64,000 nt of DNA from Caldimonas sp. (GTDB lineage: Bacteria; Pseudomonadota; Gammaproteobacteria; Burkholderiales; Burkholderiaceae_C): assembly GCA_036496385.1 (NCBI GenBank), contig DASXLD010000012.1, positions 211 to 64,210 of the forward strand, written 5' to 3'. Below are positions 51,643 through 62,796 of the stretch, one piece after another (position 1 is the stretch's first letter; the number at the start of each line of letters is the position of its first letter). The notes under the pieces are model-generated. The model had not been told where the DNA came from and searched no databases. It worked only from the letters and a program-made list of their open reading frames with translations. Position numbers and translations under genes: made by a program.

Positions 51643-53151
51643 TCAGCGCCAGAACGGATCTGCCGCCGCAACCTCGCGCAAACACTTGGCGCAACGCTCG
51701 ATCGCGCGCGGCTGCTGCGCCCGCAGCCAGCCGACGTTGAACCACGCGCGCGGATCGCCGGCATCGATCGTCTCGTGCGCGAGCCGCGTCGAGACGAGGA
51801 GATCGATGTAGCTGCCGAGCGCGTCCTGCGCCGGCCCGAGGGCGCGCGCGAAACGCTCGACGCGGCCGCGTTTGTAGAGCGGCGCGACCATCTCGCCGAG
51901 ATAGCGAAGGCGCTTCAGACGCTTGCGGACACGGTGGCGATCGGCCTGCGGGAGATCCTCGAACCGCTTCGCGTCGCGGCGCAGCTGCCCGTGCAGCCGG
52001 TCGAGGCGTTGGGCGATCAGCGTCGCCGGCCGCTCGGCGTCTCGGACCGCGCCGGCACCGACCGCCGCAACGCCACTCTGCGCCTCGAGCAGGAAGGCAA
52101 GCAGATCGAGCAGCGCGTGCTGGAACGCCGGCGCGCGGACGACCGCGACCGGGTCGACGCCGTCGTCGGCAGCGCGTCCGCCGAACGTGGCGGCGGGCGA
52201 TCCGGCGGCGGCGAGCTTGGCCTGCATCGGCGCGGCGACGCTGCGCCGGTCGCGCCATGCCCCGAGGGCGCGAAACGCATCGGCGGCGGCGGCTTCCCAG
52301 CTTTCGCCGAGCGAGCCGCGCCAGGCGGCGAGCTCGCGCGCCGCCGTGCGCAGGCGACGCAGGCCCACACGCAGCTGGTGAACGACTTCGTCGTCGGCGT
52401 CGCCCGCGGCGACGACGCTTGCGTTGGCGAGCACCTGGTCGAGGCAATTGCGCAGCAACGCGCGAAAGATCGCCGGGCCGTCGGCGGCGCCATCGAAGCG
52501 CGCCGGCACTGCCTTGACCGCGTGTGCGGCGCCGCCGGCATCGGCGAGCGATGCGCCGCGCATCGCCTTGGTCATCGTGCTCAGCCACATCGCGTGGACG
52601 TCGACGTTGGTGCGGCCGACTGCGACCAGCGCGCCGACGCCGCCGCGCTTGAGCTCGACCTCGAGCTCGCAGATCGGCAGCGACCGGTCGCCGGCAAGGA
52701 CGAGGCCGCGATCGAGCGCGACCTCGAGCTCGGCGCCGAGCGTTTCGATGGTGAGCGAGCAACGGCGCACAGCGGTCGTGTGGACGAGCTCGAGCGCGGC
52801 CGGCGACCGGCCTCCGCCGGCAAGCGCCGCGTCGAGCAGCGGCCCCGCGGCGCTGCCGGTGTGCAGCTCGACCTCGGGAGCCGGAGCATCGCCGCTCCAG
52901 TGGCCGGGCCGCGGCACCGTCTCCTCGAGGCGTTCGGCCGGGCTTCGGCCGGCCGCCTTCACGGTCTGCTCCCAGCCCGCGGCGCTGCGTCTGAGGCGAA
53001 GCGAGAGCCCCGCCCGCGCGAGACGACGGTCGGCGCTGTCCCAGTACCGGGACTCGAGAACGGCCGTCTTCGCGCCCCGCGCCCGAAGCGCTGCATCGAC
53101 GGCGGCGGCAGCGGCGTCGGTGAGTCCGAACTTGAGCTCGACCTCCTCCAT
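51643..53151 (-). CDS. CYTH (triphosphate tunnel metalloenzyme) + CHAD domain protein
   Basis: N-terminal EVELKF (ExExK), LSLRLRR, ELEVELK for CYTH. CHAD-type basic helices VHQLRVGLRRLRTAARE and RHRVRKRLKRLRYLGEM. Confidence 0.85.
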   Translation of the reverse strand: MEEVELKFGLTDAAAAAVDAALRARGAKTAVLESRYWDSADRRLARAGLSLRLRRSAAGWEQTVKAAGRSPAERLEETVPRPGHWSGDAPAPEVELHTGSAAGPLLDAALAGGGRSPAALELVHTTAVRRCSLTIETLGAELEVALDRGLVLAGDRSLPICELEVELKRGGVGALVAVGRTNVDVHAMWLSTMTKAMRGASLADAGGAAHAVKAVPARFDGAADGPAIFRALLRNCLDQVLANASVVAAGDADDEVVHQLRVGLRRLRTAARELAAWRGSLGESWEAAAADAFRALGAWRDRRSVAAPMQAKLAAAGSPAATFGGRAADDGVDPVAVVRAPAFQHALLDLLAFLLEAQSGVAAVGAGAVRDAERPATLIAQRLDRLHGQLRRDAKRFEDLPQADRHRVRKRLKRLRYLGEMVAPLYKRGRVERFARALGPAQDALGSYIDLLVSTRLAHETIDAGDPRAWFNVGWLRAQQPRAIERCAKCLREVAAADPFWR

Positions 53152-53155
53152 TGCG

Positions 53156-54910
53156 CTACGGCGCGGGCAACGCGCTCAGCCAGAAACGCAACTGCGCGAC
53201 CTTGACATTGCCCTTGGCGTCGAAGTAGCGGCTCTGCCACTCGTCGGAGTCGAGCGAGAGCGTCGCCTCGGCGACCGCGCGGGCCTTGCTCTGGCTCTGG
53301 AGCGTCCAGCGCCACGAGAAGTGGTCGTAGATGTCGAGCACGTGCGTCGCATAGGCAGCGGCGAGGGCACGCTGGCCGCGGACGATGACGAGGTTCTCGT
53401 CGTTGTTGAACGACGCCCGGTGGCCGAGGTTGTGGCTTCCGGTGATGACGGCACAACCGTCGGAGAACGGATCGACGACGACGATCTTGTCGTGCGTCAC
53501 CGCAAAGCCCGCCGACAGGATCTCCTTCTTCCAGCCGGCCGGAATGTTGTCGCCGAGCGCCTGGGCCTGGATCACGCGCGGATCCTGGTGGCTGCCCTTG
53601 GCCGGGCCGCTGCCGTGCAGCTCGTAATAGAACGACTCGGCCGCCGACGGGTGGGTGACGCAGCCGCGGACGAACAGCGACTTGTTCGCCTTCTGCGCCG
53701 CCCCCGCCCAGTTGGCGACGCTCGGCGAGCCCGGATAGAAGGCGAGAAAGAGGACGGCCTGCTGCGCAGCGCCGATCAGCTGTGCGACCTCCTCCATGTC
53801 GGGCGGACGCTTTTCCTTCGCGATCGTCGCCCGCTTGGCCGGTGTGTTGGGCGAGAACCAGCTCGTCGCCTTGGCACCCGCGAGCGCGAACGACTTCGAC
53901 GTCGCGTCCCAGCTGCGCAGCGCGGCGCGCTGGAGTGCCTTCGGGTCGCCGGCGGCAGCGACGGTGTCGCGCGCGAGCTGCTTCCAATACTCGTGGTAGC
54001 GGCGCGCCAGCTTCGCGTCGTCGCAGACGATGGTGTTGTTGGTCTGCCCGCACAGGCCCGTCGATGTCCAGTTGGTCGAGCCGAACAGCACCGCCGCCGG
54101 CTTGCCGTGCGCATCGACATGGACGACGAACTTGTTGTGGCCGATCTGGCCGTCGGGCAGCATGCGGTCGATCAGCTGGCCCGCGGTCTTCGCGAGCCGC
54201 TGGCGCGAGGCGGCGTTGCCGTCGGTGATCGCGCTCGCGCTCTGGCCGTCGCTCGCACTCGGATTCGAGAGGACGAGGTGCAGACGCTTGCCGACCTTCT
54301 CGAGCGCGCCGATCAGCTCGTCGTCGCCGAGCTCGTAGAGGGCTGCGTAGAGGGCGCCGCCCGAGCTCGCGCGGCCGACGAAGTCGAGCAGCGCCGCCGT
54401 CATGTCGCCGGCCAAACTCGTCCGCAGCGCGCCGCCCGGCTTCGCGATGGCGGCGAGCAGCGCCGCCTTCGACGGCTTGCCACCGAGCGCGTTCGAGATC
54501 CGCTGGGTCGAGATCAGGCCGCGGTTGAAGACCGCGCGGAGGCCGGGCGCGACGGTCGCTGAGATCTCGATCTCGTTGGAGATCACGAAGGCGACCGTCA
54601 TCGGCTTCAGGGCAGCGGGCTGGCCGGCAAGCGGGACGATCCGGTAGCGAAAGCGCCGGGAGCCGGTCTTGTCGGCGACGAGCCGGGCATAGGGATCCTT
54701 CCAGTAGAACTTCTGGACCGGAAAGCTCGCCGTCGTTTGGCCCGGCCTGGACGTGAAGCCCGGAAAGACCGCCATCGACGGCAGCGCCGTTTCCTTGCCG
54801 GCAGCATCGATGCGGTAGACGGCGAACCCCATGCAGCCGGAGAGCTTGCGGCCGTAGCTCCAGGCGACGACGACGACGTCGTTGTCGCAGAAGGCGATGG
54901 CGTTCTGCAT
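53156..54910 (-). CDS. Phospholipase D superfamily protein with two HKD motifs and an uncharacterised N-terminal domain
   Basis: ATG at 54910 follows GAGGAG. HKD-1 is HNKFVVHVD...GSTNWT, with one extra residue before the Asp. HKD-2 is HDKIVVVD...GSHNLG. No signal peptide. Confidence 0.8.
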   Translation of the reverse strand: MQNAIAFCDNDVVVVAWSYGRKLSGCMGFAVYRIDAAGKETALPSMAVFPGFTSRPGQTTASFPVQKFYWKDPYARLVADKTGSRRFRYRIVPLAGQPAALKPMTVAFVISNEIEISATVAPGLRAVFNRGLISTQRISNALGGKPSKAALLAAIAKPGGALRTSLAGDMTAALLDFVGRASSGGALYAALYELGDDELIGALEKVGKRLHLVLSNPSASDGQSASAITDGNAASRQRLAKTAGQLIDRMLPDGQIGHNKFVVHVDAHGKPAAVLFGSTNWTSTGLCGQTNNTIVCDDAKLARRYHEYWKQLARDTVAAAGDPKALQRAALRSWDATSKSFALAGAKATSWFSPNTPAKRATIAKEKRPPDMEEVAQLIGAAQQAVLFLAFYPGSPSVANWAGAAQKANKSLFVRGCVTHPSAAESFYYELHGSGPAKGSHQDPRVIQAQALGDNIPAGWKKEILSAGFAVTHDKIVVVDPFSDGCAVITGSHNLGHRASFNNDENLVIVRGQRALAAAYATHVLDIYDHFSWRWTLQSQSKARAVAEATLSLDSDEWQSRYFDAKGNVKVAQLRFWLSALPAP

Positions 54911-55062
54911 GGCGGCTCCTCGCCCGCGCAAGGCGCGTCGCCCCGAGTCTAGGGCGCCGCCAGCCCGGCCGCGGCCAGCCGCGCCGGCTTGGCGAGAGTC
55001 CCGATGGCGGTGCCTGCGGCGGGCGGCCAGAATGCCTCGATCAGAACCACCAGGAGACGAGC

Positions 55063-56085
55063 ATGGCAATGACGCGACGCGAGTGGATCGGCAAGGTGGC
55101 GGCGGCGAGCGCGCTGCCGATGGCCGCCGGCGCCTGGGCGCAGGCAGGAACGCTGAAGATCTCGCACCAGTTCCCCGGCGGAACGATCAACGAAGGCGAT
55201 TTCCGCGACCGCCTCTGCCGGCGCTTCGCAGCCGAGATCGAGAAGCGCAGCGACGGCGCGCTGAAGGCGGCGGTCTACCCCGGCTCGTCGCTGATGAAGA
55301 CGAACGCCCAGTTCGCCGCGATGAGGAAGGGCGCGCTCGACATCAGCCTGTACCCGCTGTCGTACGCCGGCGGCGAGGTTCCCGAGACCAACATCGGGCT
55401 GATGCCGGCGCTGGTGCCGAGCTATGAGGTCGGCGCCGCCTGGAAGACGGGCGAGGTCGGCAAGATGCTCGCGAAGACGCTCGACGAGAAAGGCATCGTC
55501 GTCCTCAGCTGGATCTGGCAGGCCGGTGGCGTCGCCAGCCGCGCGACGCCGCTGGTGCAGCCCGAAGATGCGAAGGGGCTCAAGGTGCGCGGCGGCAGCC
55601 GCGAGATGGACATGATGCTGAAGGCAGCAGGCGCCTCGGTGATCTCGTTGCCGTCGAACGAGATCTACGCGGCAATGCAGACCGGCGCGATGGACGCCGC
55701 GATGACCTCGTCGACGAGCTTCATCTCGTTCAAGCTCGAGGAGATCGCCAAGCACCTGACGAGCGGGCGCAACAAGGCGTACTGGTTCATGTTCGAGCCG
55801 CTCCTGATGTCGAAGGAGATCTTCGCCAAGCTGTCGAAGCCGCAGCAGGACATCATCATGGCGGTCGGCGCCGAACAGGAGAAGTTCGCGACCGACGCGG
55901 CGCGCGCCGACGACAAGATCGCCGCCGAGGTGTACGCGAAGGCGGGCGCCAAGGTCTACGACCTCGACGAGGCGACGGTGCGCAAGTGGCAGGCGATCGC
56001 GCGCGACACGGCGTGGAAGGACTACGGCGCACGCGGCGAGACGGAGGCCGCACTGCTGAAGGCGGCCCAGAAGCTGATCGCGTGA
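55063..56085 (+). CDS. dctP: TRAP transporter substrate-binding protein (DctP family)
   Basis: ATG follows AGGAGA. Signal peptide. The DctP-like fold is inferred from the following Q and M genes and from overall similarity. Confidence 0.8.
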   Translation: MAMTRREWIGKVAAASALPMAAGAWAQAGTLKISHQFPGGTINEGDFRDRLCRRFAAEIEKRSDGALKAAVYPGSSLMKTNAQFAAMRKGALDISLYPLSYAGGEVPETNIGLMPALVPSYEVGAAWKTGEVGKMLAKTLDEKGIVVLSWIWQAGGVASRATPLVQPEDAKGLKVRGGSREMDMMLKAAGASVISLPSNEIYAAMQTGAMDAAMTSSTSFISFKLEEIAKHLTSGRNKAYWFMFEPLLMSKEIFAKLSKPQQDIIMAVGAEQEKFATDAARADDKIAAEVYAKAGAKVYDLDEATVRKWQAIARDTAWKDYGARGETEAALLKAAQKLIA

Positions 56086-56726
56086 GCGCAGGCCCGCGCG
56101 CGGCGGCGCCGCCGCCGCGCGCCGCCGCCGACGCGGCCCTGCTGGCAAGCGGCGCGAGCCTGCCACCGGCCGCCGGCAACGACGCCGGTGACCCGCACAT
56201 CGACCCGGCGACGCCACGCGCGCTGCTGCCCGTCGCGCGCGCCCTGGCGCTTGCCAACCGGGCGATGGTCGCGATCGGCATGCTGGCGCTGCTCGCGGCG
56301 TCGATCGTCCTCACCTCGAGCGTCGTCACGCGCTACCTGTTCAAGGCGTCGACCGACTGGCAGGACGAGACCGCGGTCTTTCTTCTCGTCGGCGCGACGT
56401 TCCTGTGCGGCGCGTTCGTGCAGTCGATCCGCGGCCACGTCGGCATCGAGGCGGTCTCGACCCTGCTCTCGAGGAGAGCCGATGCGTCGCGACGCGTCGC
56501 CGTCGATGCGCTCTGCCTCGCGTTCTGCGCGCTCTTCTGCTGGAAGTCGTGGACGCTGCTGTACGAGGCCTGGGTCGACCAGCAGACGACGTCGTCGTCG
56601 TGGGCGCCGCCGCTCTGGATCCCGTACTCGCTGATGGCGGTCGGGATGACGCTCCTCACGCTGCAATTGCTTGTCCACCTCGTCGCCAGCGTCAACCGCG
56701 CCTTCTCGATCGCCGAGAGCAGCTGA
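56082..56726 (+). CDS. dctQ: TRAP transporter small permease (DctQ family)
   Basis: GTG overlaps the dctP stop (GTGA). Four hydrophobic segments. The Ala/Pro-rich N-terminal extension makes the start uncertain. Confidence 0.7.
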   Translation: MSAGPRAAAPPPRAAADAALLASGASLPPAAGNDAGDPHIDPATPRALLPVARALALANRAMVAIGMLALLAASIVLTSSVVTRYLFKASTDWQDETAVFLLVGATFLCGAFVQSIRGHVGIEAVSTLLSRRADASRRVAVDALCLAFCALFCWKSWTLLYEAWVDQQTTSSSWAPPLWIPYSLMAVGMTLLTLQLLVHLVASVNRAFSIAESS

Positions 56727-58087
56727 TGTCGATGCTCGCCCTCGGGCTGACCTTCGGCGCGGTCACGCTGCTCTTCATGCTCTCGGGCGCGCCGCTCGCG
56801 TTCGCGCTCGGCGCCGTCGCCGTCGTCTTCATGACGTTCTTCATGCCGGCAGCGTCGCTCGACACGATCACCCAGAACGTCTACGAGGAGATGGCGAGCA
56901 TCACGCTGCTGTCGATCCCGCTCTTCATCCTGAAGGGCGCCGCGATCGGCCGCTCGCGCGCCGGCCAGGATCTCTACGCGGCGCTGCACGCGTGGATGAG
57001 CCGCGTCCCGGGCGGGCTCGGCATCGCCAACGTGTTCGCGTGCGCCCTGTTCGCGGCGATGGCCGGGTCGAGCCCGGCGACGTGCTCGGCGATCGGCTCG
57101 GCCGGCATTCCCGAGATGAGGAAGCGCGGCTATTCGCCGGGCTTTGCCGCCGGCATCATCGCCGCCGGCGGCACGCTCGGCATCCTGCTGCCGCCCTCGA
57201 TCACGATGATCCTGTACGCCGTCGCCGCGGAGCAATCGCTCGGCAGGCTCTTTCTCGCCGGCATCGGCCCGGCGCTGCTGCTGGTCGGGTTCTTCGCCGC
57301 CTACGCAGTGCTGCGCTACCGGCGCGAGCACCGCGCCGCAACGTTCGCGCGGGCCAGCCACGGCACTGCCTCGGCGCTCCTCGACGTCGACCACTACACG
57401 CTGCGCCAGAAGGTCGAGATGCTGCCGCGCGTGCTGCCGTTCGTGATCCTCCTGATCGGCGTCATGGTCGCGCTCTACGGCGGCTTCGCGACGCCGTCGG
57501 AGACCGCCGGCCTCGGCGCCCTCCTCGCGCTGGTGCTGATCGCCATCGTCTACGGCGTCTGGCGCGTCAAGGACGTCGCGCCGATCCTGACGGCGACGCT
57601 GAAGGAATCGACGATGCTGATGTTCATCATCGGCATGTCGCTGCTGTTCTCCTACGTGATGAGCTACCTGCACATCAGCCAGTCGATGGCGCAGTGGATC
57701 GTCGCCCTCCATCTCTCGAAGTGGCTGCTGCTGACGGCGATCCTGCTGCTCGTCGTCGTCCTCGGCTTCTTCCTGCCGCCGGTGAGCATCATCCTGATGA
57801 CGGCGCCGATCATCCTGCCGCCGCTCAAGGCCGCCGGCTTCGACCTGATCTGGTTCGGCGTGCTGATGACGATCGTCATGGAGGCGGGCCTGATCCACCC
57901 GCCGGTGGGCCTCAACCTCTTCGTCATCAAGAACATCGCGCCCGACATCACGCTGGGCGCGATCATCCGCGGCGTGCTGCCGTTCGTCGGCCTGATGTTC
58001 GTGGCGGTGGTGGTCATCTGCGTCCTGCCGCAGATCGCGACCGCACTGCCCGACGCGGTGATGGGCGCGGTGCCTGGCCCGCGCTAG
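56726..58087 (+). CDS. dctM: TRAP transporter large permease (DctM family)
   Basis: ATG overlaps the dctQ stop (TGATG). About 12 TM segments. LLSIPLFILKGAAIG and PPVGLNLFV are family motifs. Confidence 0.9.
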   Translation: MSMLALGLTFGAVTLLFMLSGAPLAFALGAVAVVFMTFFMPAASLDTITQNVYEEMASITLLSIPLFILKGAAIGRSRAGQDLYAALHAWMSRVPGGLGIANVFACALFAAMAGSSPATCSAIGSAGIPEMRKRGYSPGFAAGIIAAGGTLGILLPPSITMILYAVAAEQSLGRLFLAGIGPALLLVGFFAAYAVLRYRREHRAATFARASHGTASALLDVDHYTLRQKVEMLPRVLPFVILLIGVMVALYGGFATPSETAGLGALLALVLIAIVYGVWRVKDVAPILTATLKESTMLMFIIGMSLLFSYVMSYLHISQSMAQWIVALHLSKWLLLTAILLLVVVLGFFLPPVSIILMTAPIILPPLKAAGFDLIWFGVLMTIVMEAGLIHPPVGLNLFVIKNIAPDITLGAIIRGVLPFVGLMFVAVVVICVLPQIATALPDAVMGAVPGPR

Positions 58088-58105
58088 CCGTGCGCGCCCT
58101 TTCGC

Positions 58106-58948
58106 TCAGGGCTTCGCGTTCGGGAAGAACAGCTGCTCGCCGCCGATCTTGTACGACGCGATCACCGCCTGGCCCGCCGACGAGAGCACCCAGTCGGCAA
58201 ACTGTTGCGCGAGCCGAACCTTGACGTGCGGGTGCTTCGCCGGATTGACGACGATGACGCCGTACTGGTTGAAGAGCCGCTGGTCGCCCTCGACGAGGAT
58301 GACGAGACCGCCGCGGTTCTTGAAGCTGAGCCAGGTGCCGCGATCGGTCAGGACGTAGGCGTTGGCCTCAGACGCGATGTTGAGCGCCGGGCCCATGCCG
58401 CAGCCGCATTCCTTGTAGCCGGCGAAATGCGCCGCCGGCGTGTCGATCCCCGCCGTCTTCCAGTAGCGAAGCTCGGCGGCATTCGTGCCGCTCTTGTCGC
58501 CGCGCGAGATGAACGCGCTCTTCGACGCCGCGAGCTTCGTCAACGCAGCGACGATGTCGTGGCCCTTGACGCCGGCGGGATCGGACGCCGGGCCGACGAG
58601 GACGAAGTCGTTGTACATGACCTCCGAGCGCTTGATGCCGAACCCCTCGGCGACGAACTTCTCCTCGGCGACGCGGTCGTGCACGAACAGGACGTCGGCG
58701 TCGCCGCGCCGACCGATGTCGATCGCCTGGCCGGTGCCGACGGCGACGACGCGGATGTCGATCCCGGTCGCTGCCTTGAACGCCGGCAGCAGATGTGCGA
58801 ACAGCCCCGACTGCTCGGTGCTCGTCGTCGAGGCCATGACGATGCTCTTCTCCTGCGCCTGCCCGGGAAGCGGCACGACGACGGCAGCAGCACAGAGCCA
58901 GGCGGCCAAGGTCGCGGCGACGCGGCGACGGGTGGCGAGGGTCGGCAT
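58106..58948 (-). CDS. tupA: TupA-like tungstate/oxyanion ABC substrate-binding protein (orphan)
   Basis: ATG at 58948 follows AAGGAA. Signal peptide. MASTTSTEQSGL (TTST motif region), RGDKSGTN. Confidence 0.7.
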   Translation of the reverse strand: MPTLATRRRVAATLAAWLCAAAVVVPLPGQAQEKSIVMASTTSTEQSGLFAHLLPAFKAATGIDIRVVAVGTGQAIDIGRRGDADVLFVHDRVAEEKFVAEGFGIKRSEVMYNDFVLVGPASDPAGVKGHDIVAALTKLAASKSAFISRGDKSGTNAAELRYWKTAGIDTPAAHFAGYKECGCGMGPALNIASEANAYVLTDRGTWLSFKNRGGLVILVEGDQRLFNQYGVIVVNPAKHPHVKVRLAQQFADWVLSSAGQAVIASYKIGGEQLFFPNAKP

Positions 58949-59497
58949 CGGTTTTCCTTTCGATGGTTTCGCAGGGATCAGCGGCCGGCGGCAGCAGTGT
59001 GTGCGCGACGACGGCGCAGGGGTTGCGAACGTGGCGCGGCCCCGGCCTGCGGTATGGCTTGCGAGTCTATCGAGGACGCAGCTTGGTATAAGGCGTCGTG
59101 GCCAAGGCCCCGACGCAGCCGAATGCAACGCGCAAGGTCCGCGCCGGCGCGGCGCCTCTCGCGCGCTTTCGCCTGCGCGTGACGGCCGGCGACGTCATCT
59201 TCGTCGGCCCGGGCAAGATCGCGTTGCTCGAGGCGATCCGCGCGACGCGCTCGATCACGGCGGCGGCCAAATCGATGGGGATGTCGTACCGGCGCGCCTG
59301 GATCCTCGTCGACGAGGTGAATCGCGTCCTGACCGACGCCGCGGTCGCGACCGCGGTCGGCGGCGAGCACGGCGGCGGCAGCACGCTCACCGCGCTCGGC
59401 GAAGAGCTGGTCGCCATCTACCGCCGCATCGAGGCGACGGCCGAGCGTGCCTGCGCTGCCGACATCGCGCGGTTGCTCGAGCTCACCGCGCCGCCCG

Positions 59498-60612
<1,115 letters not shown>

Positions 60613-60616
<4 letters not shown>

Positions 60617-61287
60617 CCGCGCCCCGCGATCCGCAACGGCGCCAGCCTGCCGGCGAGGAGGAGGATGACGATGCAGGTGGTCGAGGTCAGCAGCACGAGC
60701 AGGTTGGCCAGCGTGTCCTGGCCCGCCTGCACCGCCTCGTAGACGGCGATCGAGAGCGTCTGCGTGCGGCCGGGGATGCTGCCGGCGACCATCAGCGTCG
60801 CGCCGAACTCGCCGAACGCGCGCGCGAACGCGAGCAGCGCGCCGGCGAGGATGCCGCGCCAGGCGAGCGGCAGCGTGACGCGGAAGAACACCGCGCCGCT
60901 GCCGAGGCCGAGCACACGCGCTGCCTGTTCGAACTGCACGTCGACGTTCTCGAACGCCGCGCGCGCCGACTTGCAGACGAACGGAAATGCGACCACGGCC
61001 GACGCCAGCACCGCGCCCTGCCAGGTGAAGATCAGGCGGATGCCGAGCTCGTTCTCGAGCCAGGCACCGAGCGGCGAGCGCCGGCCGACGACGACGAGCA
61101 GGTAGTAGCCGAGCACCGTCGGCGGCAGCACCATCGGCAGCAGGAGGATCGCGTCGACGAGCTCGCGCCCGGCGAAGCGAAGCCGCGCGAGGGCGAAGCC
61201 GACGGCCACGCCCAGGACGAGATCGATCGCAGTGGCCCACAAGGCGACCTTGAGCGAAAGGGCGAGCGCTACCCAGGCGGGCTCCAC
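60613..61287 (-). CDS. modB: Molybdate ABC transporter permease
   Basis: Five TM segments. EAA-loop region FEQAARVLGLGSGAVFFRVTLP. Confidence 0.9.
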
Positions 61288-61311
61288 TTTGGGATCGTAT
61301 CGAAGGCGCGG

Positions 61312-62073
61312 TCAGGGCTTGCCGAAGCCGTATCGCGCCAGCACCGCCTGCGCCGGCGGCGTAGCGACAAAGGCGACGAAACGATCGGCCGCCGCCGGAT
61401 TCGGCGCGCTCGCGATCGCCGCGATCGGGTACCGTACCGGCTGCTCGGTCGACACGATCAGCGCCACCTTGACCTTGTCCGCCATCAGGGCGGCGTCGGT
61501 CGCGTAGACGAAGCCGGCTTCGACTTCGCCGCGGGCGACGTAGTCGAGCGCCTGGCGCACCGACTGTGCGCCGATCATCTTCGCTCCGATCTGCGGCCAG
61601 AGGCCCGCCTTCTCGAGCGTCGCCTTCGTGTAGCGGCCGACCGGCACGCTTGCCGGCACGCCGATGGCAATCTGCTTGAACGACGGCGTCGTCAGCTCGG
61701 CGAGCGCCTTCGGCGCCGGTCGGTCGCCCGGCACGATGACGACGAGCGAATTGCTGGCGAAGTTCGCTCGCGAGCCCGGCGTGACGAGCTTCTGCTGCTC
61801 GGCCTGGTTCATCGTCTCCTGATCGGCGCTGGCGAAGACGTCGACCGGCGCCCCTTTGGCGATCTGCTGCAGCAGCTGGCCGGAGGCAGCGAAGTTGAAC
61901 TGCACCTGGGTGCCGGGATTCGCCGCCTCGAACGCCGTGCCGATCTCCTGGAACGCATTGGTCAGGCTCGCAGCCGCCGAGATGGTGAGGTCGGCGGCCG
62001 CAGCGGCGGCGCTGCAGCAGGACATTGCAGCGCCGAGCAAGGCGGCGAGAAGGAAGAATCGGCGTGACGGCAT
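61312..62073 (-). CDS. modA: Molybdate ABC transporter substrate-binding protein
   Basis: ATG at 62073 follows GAGG. Signal peptide. ISAAASLTNAF, NFAASGQL, VPVGRY, YATDA. Confidence 0.9.
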   Translation of the reverse strand: MPSRRFFLLAALLGAAMSCCSAAAAAADLTISAAASLTNAFQEIGTAFEAANPGTQVQFNFAASGQLLQQIAKGAPVDVFASADQETMNQAEQQKLVTPGSRANFASNSLVVIVPGDRPAPKALAELTTPSFKQIAIGVPASVPVGRYTKATLEKAGLWPQIGAKMIGAQSVRQALDYVARGEVEAGFVYATDAALMADKVKVALIVSTEQPVRYPIAAIASAPNPAAADRFVAFVATPPAQAVLARYGFGKP

Positions 62074-62085
62074 TTCGACCTCGTT

Positions 62086-62101
62086 GTATATGGCGGTATA
62101 T
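62086..62101. promoter_or_regulatory. AT-rich direct repeat GTATAT-N4-GTATAT just upstream of modA (candidate ModE operator or -10 region)
   Basis: It lies 13-28 nt upstream of the modA ATG in otherwise GC-rich DNA. It contains TATAT pentamers, as enterobacterial ModE operators do, but the spacing differs. Confidence 0.3.
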
Positions 62102-62197
62102 TGCCACACCAAGGCGAGGAACCACCCCGTGCCGACCCTGACCCGCTGGCCGCTCGCAGGCGGACGCCGCAACCGAGGCGCCGGCCGAGCGGTGACC

Positions 62198-62785
62198 TCA
62201 CGCCGCGCCGACGCGGTCGCGCTCGACCAGCGCGAGGTAGCGCTCGATGCTGCCGCCGGCCAACGACTTCACCATGACGCGAAGCAGGTTGGTCTTCAGC
62301 CCCATCTGCATCGGCCCGCGCTCGCGCACCTGGACGTAGCCCGAGCGCTGCCAGAAGCGCTCCGCCTTCGCGTTGCCGGCGACGACGCCGAGGCGGATCC
62401 ACGCTGCGCCGCGCTCGACCATCCAGCGCTCGAGCATGCGGTAGAGCGCCGGCGCGGTGCCGTTGCCGTGCAGCGCCGAGGCGACGATGAAGAGGCCGAT
62501 GTGCCACACGTTTGCGGCGATGAAGTCGCCGACGATGGTCGCCATGCCGACGAGCACCCCCGACGCGGCGTCGACGAAGCCGATCAGCAGCATCTCGCGG
62601 TACGGCATACCCGCGGGAGGCACGTCGGCGAGCTCGCGCGCGGCTTCGTCGGCACGCGGCGGCTCGCCGGTCACGGTGAGGAAATACTCGGGGTTGGCGT
62701 CGAAGAAGCGCTGCAGCTCGTCGACGTCGGCCGCGTCGAGGACGCGCAAGCGCCATCGGTCGTCGCCCGGAACGGGTTCGTGCAT
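62198..62785 (-). CDS. GNAT-family N-acetyltransferase
   Basis: ATG at 62785. Acetyl-CoA-binding region SALHGNGTAPALY and FWQRSGY. Confidence 0.75.
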   Translation of the reverse strand: MHEPVPGDDRWRLRVLDAADVDELQRFFDANPEYFLTVTGEPPRADEAARELADVPPAGMPYREMLLIGFVDAASGVLVGMATIVGDFIAANVWHIGLFIVASALHGNGTAPALYRMLERWMVERGAAWIRLGVVAGNAKAERFWQRSGYVQVRERGPMQMGLKTNLLRVMVKSLAGGSIERYLALVERDRVGAA

Positions 62786-62796
62786 CAGTGGTGCGA

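Noticed and set aside
62074-62197. Molybdenum-cofactor riboswitch in the modA leader
   Set aside because: The 124-nt leader does not show the conserved Moco-RNA core elements as I recall them. I cannot fold or scan it here. A covariance-model search would settle it.
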